64,000 nucleotides of DNA from an uncultured Oscillospiraceae bacterium (GTDB taxonomy: Bacteria; Bacillota; Clostridia; Christensenellales; CAG-138), in NCBI GenBank assembly GCA_964467585.1, contig CAYXRF010000001.1:242250-306249 (forward strand), given 5' to 3'. The notes below the pieces were generated by a model. The model was given only the letters and a program-made list of their open reading frames with translations, did no database searches and was not told the DNA's origin. The translations under genes and the position numbers were made by a program. Below are positions 57,437 through 64,000 of this stretch, piece after piece. Positions within the stretch are counted from its first letter, which is position 1, and every line of letters begins with the position of its first letter.

Positions 57437-59266
57437 ATGTGCGGAATTGTTGGTTACACCGGCTCTGCAAACGCAACTCCAATACTTATCGATGGGTTAG
57501 AGACGCTTGCCTATCGTGGCTATGACTCTGCCGGTATCGCAGTCTGGGACGGGGACAATATCGTTATGAAAAAAGCGAAGGGGCTTCTTTCCAATCTAAA
57601 AGAGCTTCTTGAGCGAGAGCCTGTGTCGGGCAATTGTGGAATCGGTCACACGCGTTGGGCGACGCACGGAGAACCCTCATATATAAATTCACATCCTCAT
57701 ACCGATGTGCGCAAGCAGCTTGTTCTGGTTCATAATGGCATAATCGAGAATTATGTTCGTTTGAAATCAATGCTCATTGACAAGGGATGCGTATTTCTGT
57801 CCGAAACCGATACGGAGGTTGTTGCGCAACTTTTGGGAACGCTGTACATGGGCGACCCCCTGTCTTCAATTATTGCTGCAATGCGTCTGATTGAAGGCTC
57901 TTTTGCACTTGCGATAATATTCCGCGATGATCCCGAAAGCATATACTGTGCCTGCAAGGACAGCCCCATGGTGGTCGGTCTGGGCACCGATGGCGCACAT
58001 ATTGCATCCGACATACCCGCAATGCTTTCATACACGCGCGATGTAACCTTTATGGAGGATATGCAAATTGCCGTTTTACGTCCCCATTCAATTTCCTATT
58101 TCAACGAATTTGGCTTGCCGATTGATAAGCCCGTAACGCATATTGAATGGGACATGGACGCTGCCAAAAAAGGCAGCTATGAGCATTACATGATGAAAGA
58201 GATATGCGAAGAGCCCATCGCTTTCAGAAAAACTGTTGAGCAATATGCACAGATGAAGGATATGCGATTGAAATCCGATTGCTTTCCGTGGGATGAAAAC
58301 GATGCAAAGCGCCTGAAACGTATTCGTATTGTGGGATGCGGAACCGCATATCATGCAGGCTTGCTCGGCAAGAAATATTTTATGGAGCTTGCAAAAATAC
58401 CTGTCGAGGTTGACATAGCGTCAGAATTTAGGTATAGCGGATATCAGTTTGAGGAGGGAGAGATGCTTATCGTCGTCTCACAATCCGGCGAAACTGCAGA
58501 TTCAATTGCCGCCATGCGTATGGCAAAGCAGCATGGAATAAAAACAATTGCCATATGCAATGTTATCGGAAGCACCATTGCGCGTGAAGCTGACGAAGTA
58601 ATGTTTACCTATGCCGGTCCGGAGATTGCCGTTGCTGCTACAAAATCATATATGACACAGATTACCGTTCTTTTCCTTGCCGCCCTTTATCTTGCGAAGC
58701 TGCGCGGAACGATTGATGAGATTGAAGTGTCAAAAATGTTGAATGAAATTGCCGCTGTACCCGCAAATATGCAGTCGCTGCTTGACGATCGTGAAAGAAT
58801 ACAGTATTTTGCAAGCCGGTCCTTTGCGGTTAAGCATGTGTTTTTCATAGGTCGAGGTATGGATAACGCACTTGCTATGGAAGCAGCGTTAAAGCTAAAG
58901 GAGATATCGTATATTCATTCCGAGGCATATGCAGCAGGAGAGCTAAAGCACGGTACTATCGCATTAATTGAAGAAGGCTCTTTGGTCGTTGCGTTGGTAA
59001 CGCAGCGTCACCTTGCGCCTAAAACGGCAAGCAACATGGAAGAAGTTCGAGTCCGCGGTGCATATGTACTTGCGGTAACAAACGGTTCAATATCAGATAT
59101 TGAAAGCCATTGCAACGAAGTTTGGCAGCTTAACGAGATGAGTGAGCTTCTGTCGCCATTTTGCGCAATAATCCCAATGCAGCTTCTTGCATACTATATG
59201 GCGGTTCAAAAAGGCTGCTCGGTTGACAAACCGAGAAACCTTGCCAAAAGCGTTACCGTTGAATAA
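57437..59266 (+). CDS. glmS: Glutamine--fructose-6-phosphate aminotransferase
   Basis: MCGIVGY N-terminal nucleophile, two SIS domains, C-terminus ...NLAKSVTVE. Confidence 0.98.
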   Translation: MCGIVGYTGSANATPILIDGLETLAYRGYDSAGIAVWDGDNIVMKKAKGLLSNLKELLEREPVSGNCGIGHTRWATHGEPSYINSHPHTDVRKQLVLVHNGIIENYVRLKSMLIDKGCVFLSETDTEVVAQLLGTLYMGDPLSSIIAAMRLIEGSFALAIIFRDDPESIYCACKDSPMVVGLGTDGAHIASDIPAMLSYTRDVTFMEDMQIAVLRPHSISYFNEFGLPIDKPVTHIEWDMDAAKKGSYEHYMMKEICEEPIAFRKTVEQYAQMKDMRLKSDCFPWDENDAKRLKRIRIVGCGTAYHAGLLGKKYFMELAKIPVEVDIASEFRYSGYQFEEGEMLIVVSQSGETADSIAAMRMAKQHGIKTIAICNVIGSTIAREADEVMFTYAGPEIAVAATKSYMTQITVLFLAALYLAKLRGTIDEIEVSKMLNEIAAVPANMQSLLDDRERIQYFASRSFAVKHVFFIGRGMDNALAMEAALKLKEISYIHSEAYAAGELKHGTIALIEEGSLVVALVTQRHLAPKTASNMEEVRVRGAYVLAVTNGSISDIESHCNEVWQLNEMSELLSPFCAIIPMQLLAYYMAVQKGCSVDKPRNLAKSVTVE

Positions 59267-59271
59267 ACGAT

Positions 59272-59296
59272 AAGGGTCGGTTGCCGACCCTTTTTT
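59272..59296 (+). terminator. Rho-independent terminator of glmS
   Basis: Stem aagggtcgg/ccgaccctt, then T6. Confidence 0.9.
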
Positions 59297-59404
59297 GTGC
59301 TTATATTGTTGTACTGAATTTCATAGATTATTTGATAAATGCGTGAATCAGATATTGACATCACGACAGTTAAAACATTATACTCATAATATATGTTTAA
59401 TTGA

Positions 59405-60396
59405 GGAGGCCGATACTATTCCCCCGGGTCGGTCTATGCCGTGGATGCTCCTGTTACACTTTATGCGCAATGGCTGCTTGACAGCTTTGCGATAACCTAT
59501 TATCTCGATGGTGTTCAATACGATCAACAGGTGTACTCATACGGAGAAGTCATTGTGCCCCCCGCCTCCCCAACGTCGGCGCATCACAGCTTTTCCGGCT
59601 GGATCAACCTCCCCGAAGTAATGCCTATGAATAATATTTCCGTTCAGGGCTATTTAATCTCAACCAAAACACACTAACATATTATGTTGACGGTGAAGTC
59701 TACGCAGAGTTCTCCGTTGAATATGATGCAGTATTGCAATACATTAACGAGCCGATCCGCACCGGATACATTTTCAGCGGCTGGAGCGATATCCCAAATA
59801 CGATGCCGGACGAGCCTGTCTCAGTTTATGGAGAATTCAATATCATCACGCTTAATGTAAAATTTTTCAATTGGGATTACATGTTGCTTTCGTCGCAATC
59901 CATTGCATATGGCAGCGATGCTGTTGCTCCGAACGTGCCTGAAAGACTTGGATATACCTTTGTCGGCTGGTATGGAAGCTACACCAATGTTACTGATGAT
60001 ATTACAATAATCGCGCTGTATATCCTCAGCCCGTTCAGCGTAACGTTTGTCGGTTATGACGACATTGTACTTGACGTTCAAACAGTCGGATATGGACTTT
60101 CCGCAGCCGCACCCAAAGTGCCCGCAGTCAATGGTTTCAGTTTTATCGGAGGGGACTTCGAATTTGATTGTGTAACAAGCGATATTGTTGTTCACGCAAT
60201 GTACGTTAGCATTCAACAAACACTGCGTGGCGATGCAAACGGCGATGGTGCAGTTGACTTTTCGGATGTTGCCACGATTTATAATGCAATATTGAGTGCG
60301 TCTCCTCTAACTTTTTTTGCAAATGCGGATGTTGACGGAGATGGCAATGTTACTTTTTTTGATGTTGTCAGTCTTTACGGAATGATTGCTGGATAG
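59405..60396 (+). pseudogene. Decayed surface-protein gene: Listeria-Bacteroides (Flg_new) repeats + type-I dockerin, 5'-truncated and frameshifted
   Basis: The frame opens at 59405 with no start codon or signal peptide. Repeat ends ...VTLYAQW, FSGW, FVGWY. A 1-nt frameshift near 59653-59656 joins ORF 59441-59677 to ORF 59734-60396 (...VQGYF|NLNQNTLTYYVDGE...). Dockerin GDANGDGAVDFSDV...DVDGDGNVTFFDV. Confidence 0.75.
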
Positions 60397-60401
60397 ACAA
60401 A

Positions 60402-60436
60402 GCGAAAGACCTTCAGTTGAAGGTCTTTCGCTTTTT
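60402..60436 (+). terminator. Rho-independent terminator
   Basis: 13-bp stem gcgaaagaccttc/gaaggtctttcgc, then T5. Confidence 0.9.
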
Positions 60437-60512
60437 GGCGCACCCGACGGGGCTCGAACCCATCACCTTATGCTCCGGAGGCATACGCTCTATCCAAATG
60501 AGCTACGGGTGC
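60436..60512 (-). tRNA. tRNA-Arg (anticodon CCG), encoded CCA
   Basis: Reverse complement: acceptor GCACCCG/CGGGTGC, anticodon arm TATGC-CTCCGGA-GCATA, T-loop TTCGAGC. Confidence 0.93.
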
Positions 60513-60525
60513 ATTCACGACAGTG

Positions 60526-60554
60526 ATTATACCACATGGCGATACCGATGGCAA
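60526..60554 (-). promoter_or_regulatory. Promoter of tRNA-Arg
   Basis: On the minus strand: TTGCCA, 17-nt spacer, then TATAAT with an extended TGn (tgGTATAAT). Confidence 0.65.
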
Positions 60555-60887
60555 GTTTGATTTTGCTGTTTGAATGCTGCCATATTGTCACCCAGTGTTT
60601 CTGCTTCTTTTTCATTGTTATAAGATGTTGACACTTGCGATTAAGTAATGTTCTTTTCCTACGTTAATGCCTGTCAAGCTTCCGAAGGTCAAACGACTCT
60701 GATAAACTGTCGGACGGATTCATTCATCACAATATTTAATCAATTTCCATTTATGTTTTGTTTCATCCCGCAAACACTGATTGGCAAAAATATTTCTGTA
60801 TATGCTTGTATAGAATCTGATGATATGTTAAAATGAAGCTATGATATGTTGTTTTACTTCTGTTAAGAAGTATCGAAAGGAGTTAAA

Positions 60888-63305
60888 ATGGAAAAACGCA
60901 TCTTTGCGGTAATTCTCACGATTGTCATGTTAGCGGTATGCGCACCAGGTATGGCTGTCGGCGCTGATAAAGATCCGGATGAAAAGCTTATCGGCAGTGG
61001 GAACCTTGTGCTTGACACCAACGCCGCAGGCGGTTATGAGGGCGACTATGTTGTGATTTACAATCCATCCACTTCAAGCAGCTCAAGCTGCTCAACGGGC
61101 AATATGTCGGGGCTTATTGAAACGACTGTTGAGCCTTATGGTATGAGCAACGTTGACAATGCCTCCGATGAGCTGAATATAATTGATGTTGATTCGCTGA
61201 TTGCTGAACAAAACAAAAATATTGACAATACGGCTGAGCCTGCAATTGGCTCACGCGACTCGTACAATGTTGGCGACACCCGCAACTTCAATATCAGCAG
61301 TTACAGTCCCGGCGGCAGTACGCTTCAGTTTAAGTGTGTTGCCGTTGGCGATCATTGCTACGTTTGGACTCCCTCGCAGAACATAACCAATTACTATCCG
61401 CTTGATGTAATCGACCCGACATATCCGCAGATAGTTGCGGATGAGTTCGACTCAAAATACGCTCAAATGACAAGCTCGTTCGGCAATCACGATGTTGGCG
61501 GCGGCGATGGCAGGGTTAATCTGATGTACTATAACATTGACGACGGATTTAATCCTGCGACCAGTAACAGCTATGTTGCCGGCTATTTCTCCAGTGCGGA
61601 CTATTATAACAACGATTTACCAATGATCCACATTGACACCTATCCGGGCGTTTATTATGTGAACACCGATAATGTAGTTACGCTTCGTCTTTCACGAACC
61701 TTCGGAGTATTCTGCCATGAGTATCAGCATCTGATAAACTACTCCATTACGGGTGGAATGGACACATGGCTTAATGAGTGCATGAGCGCTGCCGCGGAGG
61801 AAATCTGCTATCCCGGCAGCAGTATATCGCCTCGTATTCAAAGCTGGGAGCATTATTACTATTCAGACAACGGAGACTGGCTTACTCCTCCCGCTGAATT
61901 TGAATACTATTCGGAATATGAGCTTCACAATGGCTTTTCCATGTACGATTGGAGCAACTATATTGATTATGTGCTGCCCCTTTATTCTCAGGTTTCGCTT
62001 TTTAGTCAGTATTTGTTCACCCATTACGGTAATTCAATTTTTCGTACCATAACAAGCTATTACAGTTCATCGGGCAATGCGGTAACAGCCATTGCAAGCG
62101 CAACGGGTGGGAACACTTCCGATATTGTCAAGAACTTCAGGATTGCTCTCACGGCGAATGACCCAACGTCATTCAACGGTTTATATGGGTTCAATATGCA
62201 GGATGCTTATGATCCCGATGAGTATAACGGAGTTGAAAATCTATACAATCTGCTTGCGCCAATTGTGTTTACAGGCTCAACTTGTTCGATTTACGGCGGA
62301 GGTTCGATCACAGTTAAGCCAATCAACGGGGTTTACAATCCGCCGAGCGGTGCAAGCTCATCTCTCGTTTACATAGGTGTAACACGGAATCTTTCCACTG
62401 AACCTGTTGCGTTAACAGGAATGGAGCTTGACTGCGACTCGTTGACCATGTATACCGGCTATTCCTCAAGCGTCAGCGTGATTCGCACGCCAATCAACGC
62501 AAACGATTTTACGGTTGAATGGAACAGCACTAATTCAAATATTGTGCAAATAACAAGCTCCGGCAAGTCTGCCGCGATTCTTTACGGTGCTGCCGTTGGC
62601 AATGCAAGCGTTACCTGCACGGCAACGGATAACGCATCGGGCGCACGGTATACCGACACGGTTGCGATAAGCGTTCTGTACTATCCGACTCTCGGGGAGG
62701 CCGCAAACGTTGACGGCGGCTCGTTGGTATTTACTTCAACCACCACAAACTACCCTTGGGCTGCGTATATTGGCTCGGATGGGCGTGCGTGCGTAAAATC
62801 AGGCAATGCAGGCGTCAACAGCTCGTCCTCCTCATTGTCAACAACCGTTACGCTGTCGGCAGGCGACTCGATATCATTTGAATGGCGTGTAAGCAGCGAA
62901 ACAAATTATGACTTGCTGGAGTTTTACGTTAATGGCGTCAAGAACGGCAGCAGCATCAGCGGGACGGGCGGCGCGTGGTCTTCCGGAACATACACTGCGT
63001 CAACTGACGGCACATATACATTCATGTGGAAGTACTCGAAGGATGTCAGTGTTGATTCCGGCGACGACTGCGGTTATGTTGACAATGTTGAGGTGACGCG
63101 AATTACACCTGTCGCAGTCCTTGGCGATGTTAACGGTAATGGCGTTGTTGATTCTGCGGACGCATTGCTTGTTATGCGATATACGCTCCGCACCGTTGAG
63201 CTTTCTGCAGAGCAGCTTGAGTTGGCTGACTATAACAGCGACGGAAATGTAGACACAACAGACGCTTTGCTTATTTTCCGCAAAACCCTCGGTCTTATCG
63301 CGTGA
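60888..63305 (+). CDS. Secreted HExxH zinc metalloprotease-like protein with Big_2-like and beta-sandwich domains and a C-terminal type-I dockerin
   Basis: Signal peptide MEKRIFAVILTIVMLAVCAPGMAVGA. VFCHEYQHLINY...WLNECMSAAAEE (HExxH plus a downstream Glu, gluzincin-like). Ig-like region TMYTGYSSSVSV...VTCTAT. Dockerin GDVNGNGVVDSADAL...DYNSDGNVDTTDAL. Confidence 0.75.
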   Translation: MEKRIFAVILTIVMLAVCAPGMAVGADKDPDEKLIGSGNLVLDTNAAGGYEGDYVVIYNPSTSSSSSCSTGNMSGLIETTVEPYGMSNVDNASDELNIIDVDSLIAEQNKNIDNTAEPAIGSRDSYNVGDTRNFNISSYSPGGSTLQFKCVAVGDHCYVWTPSQNITNYYPLDVIDPTYPQIVADEFDSKYAQMTSSFGNHDVGGGDGRVNLMYYNIDDGFNPATSNSYVAGYFSSADYYNNDLPMIHIDTYPGVYYVNTDNVVTLRLSRTFGVFCHEYQHLINYSITGGMDTWLNECMSAAAEEICYPGSSISPRIQSWEHYYYSDNGDWLTPPAEFEYYSEYELHNGFSMYDWSNYIDYVLPLYSQVSLFSQYLFTHYGNSIFRTITSYYSSSGNAVTAIASATGGNTSDIVKNFRIALTANDPTSFNGLYGFNMQDAYDPDEYNGVENLYNLLAPIVFTGSTCSIYGGGSITVKPINGVYNPPSGASSSLVYIGVTRNLSTEPVALTGMELDCDSLTMYTGYSSSVSVIRTPINANDFTVEWNSTNSNIVQITSSGKSAAILYGAAVGNASVTCTATDNASGARYTDTVAISVLYYPTLGEAANVDGGSLVFTSTTTNYPWAAYIGSDGRACVKSGNAGVNSSSSSLSTTVTLSAGDSISFEWRVSSETNYDLLEFYVNGVKNGSSISGTGGAWSSGTYTASTDGTYTFMWKYSKDVSVDSGDDCGYVDNVEVTRITPVAVLGDVNGNGVVDSADALLVMRYTLRTVELSAEQLELADYNSDGNVDTTDALLIFRKTLGLIA

Positions 63306-63417
63306 CGGCAGTATGTCATGCCGCTGAACACGCGCTCATCAAACACTGATCTGCATTGAACGCTGCGTTTCGCGGAGTATTGATTCGGCATTTGCCGATT
63401 GAAAGTTTGTTTTTTGA

Positions 63418-63449
63418 GAAAAGGGATGATGAACACATCGTCCCTTTTC
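63418..63449 (+). terminator. Terminator after the protease gene
   Basis: 13-bp stem gaaaagggatgat/atcgtcccttttc, with one G-T pair. Confidence 0.6.
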
Positions 63450-63533
63450 GCTAATTGATTATCCTATGCCAAAGCACCACAAAGCTTGGCAGCGCCAGCC
63501 ACTCAATCAAGCTGATATTATTTTTGATTTTTA

Positions 63534-63562
63534 TTGACGAAACACCCTCCTGCCTTTATAAT
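63534..63562 (+). promoter_or_regulatory. Promoter of tRNA-Leu(TAA)
   Basis: TTGACG at 63534-63539, 17-nt spacer, TATAAT at 63557-63562. Confidence 0.65.
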
Positions 63563-63624
63563 GTTGCTTGTTCTGAAACAATCCTGCATGAGCGGATGGT
63601 TTTGTAACATTTCAATTTTGAGCT

Positions 63625-63707
63625 GCGAATGTGGTGGAACGGCATACACAGCGGACTTAAAATCCGCCGGCGAAAGCTTGGGGGTTCGAATCCCCCCATT
63701 CGCACCA
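63625..63707 (+). tRNA. tRNA-Leu (anticodon TAA), class II, encoded CCA
   Basis: Acceptor GCGAATG/CATTCGC, anticodon arm GCGGA-CTTAAAA-TCCGC, long variable arm, T arm GGGGG-TTCGAAT-CCCCC. Confidence 0.95.
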
Positions 63708-63710
63708 AAC

Positions 63711-63757
63711 ATTGACCGTAGCATTGATACAATGCTACGGTCAATCCTTTTATTTTT
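63711..63757 (+). terminator. Rho-independent terminator after tRNA-Leu
   Basis: 15-bp stem attgaccgtagcatt/aatgctacggtcaat, followed by T-rich sequence. Confidence 0.85.
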
Positions 63758-63765
63758 CATATTGA

Positions 63766-63833
63766 GAAAGCCTGCAATACAAGGGGTTTGCCCAACAGGG
63801 GTATGCAAAATCCTTTGTATTGCAGGCTTTTTC
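63766..63833 (+). other. Second long hairpin (19-bp stem, 26-nt loop) between tRNA-Leu and the capsid-like ORF
   Basis: aaagcctgcaatacaaggg pairs with cctttgtattgcaggcttt (one G-T pair), followed by ttctg. Confidence 0.5.
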
Positions 63834-63839
63834 TGCGTT

Positions 63840-64000
63840 ATGGGTTTTCTCCAGCATTCTCGGCTCAAGGAGCAATTTGAATACCCTATGGAGGGTTTCC
63901 TCGATACGCACCGCAGCGAAAAGGGTGTGCTGTCTGTTGACGACGACACGACCTACAACAATATGGAGAAGGAACTGAACGACCTCACCAATGAAATCAA
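63840..64000 (+). CDS. Partial ORF resembling the N-terminal (delta/scaffold) region of HK97-type phage major capsid proteins; 3' end off the window
   Basis: MGFLQHSRLKEQFEYPMEGFLDTHRSEKGVLSVDDDTTYNNMEKELNDLTNEI... From memory it matches the ...FLD..R...G.LS.ED...Y..ME.E...L..EI pattern. Only 53 codons are visible. Confidence 0.35.
   Translation, partial: MGFLQHSRLKEQFEYPMEGFLDTHRSEKGVLSVDDDTTYNNMEKELNDLTNEI

Noticed and set aside
59423-59428. CCCGGG (SmaI/XmaI site) exactly where the truncated dockerin gene frame begins, which could be a possible engineering scar.
   Set aside because: A single 6-bp site within a C/G run is expected by chance. No vector-like sequence surrounds it.

Overview
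This 64-kb window looks like chromosome from a spore-forming, dockerin-encoding Clostridia bacterium, probably Oscillospiraceae/Ruminococcus-like. That placement is inferred from spoVAD/spoVAE, a SleB-like hydrolase, a CIRCE-controlled groESL operon and two type-I dockerin modules. Most of the window is housekeeping. It holds a Bacillus-like dprA-topA-trmFO-hslVU block, groESL, uvrBA, rnhA, ktrAB, glmS and four tRNAs (Leu-CAA, Tyr-GTA, Arg-CCG, Leu-TAA). No rRNA, CRISPR array, transposase or clear island was seen. The loci most worth a second look are: (1) a consensus promoter, a 30-codon Tyr-rich leader ORF and an intrinsic terminator placed immediately before a heterodimeric ABC exporter, which resembles BmrB/BmrCD-type attenuation; (2) a DUF1538 membrane protein followed by two PII-like proteins with unusual charged tails; (3) a HisJ/PHP phosphoesterase translationally coupled to a 1071-aa SNF2 helicase that resembles the helicase half of mobile-element methylase-helicase giants, next to an SPFH protein with four zinc ribbons; (4) a perfect 16-6-16 palindrome over the promoter of an XerS-sized tyrosine recombinase, a candidate dif-like site or operator; (5) a five-gene split flavoenzyme cluster resembling archaeal proline dehydrogenase, opine oxidase and HcnABC, next to an MFS transporter and pcp; (6) a Gtr/PMT-type glycosylation locus containing a CBM-fused GT39 enzyme; (7) a decayed dockerin gene and a dockerin-bearing HExxH protease; (8) a capsid-like ORF starting just after tRNA-Leu at the right edge. 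All family assignments come from reading motifs by eye. No database search, RNA folding or covariance-model scan was run.
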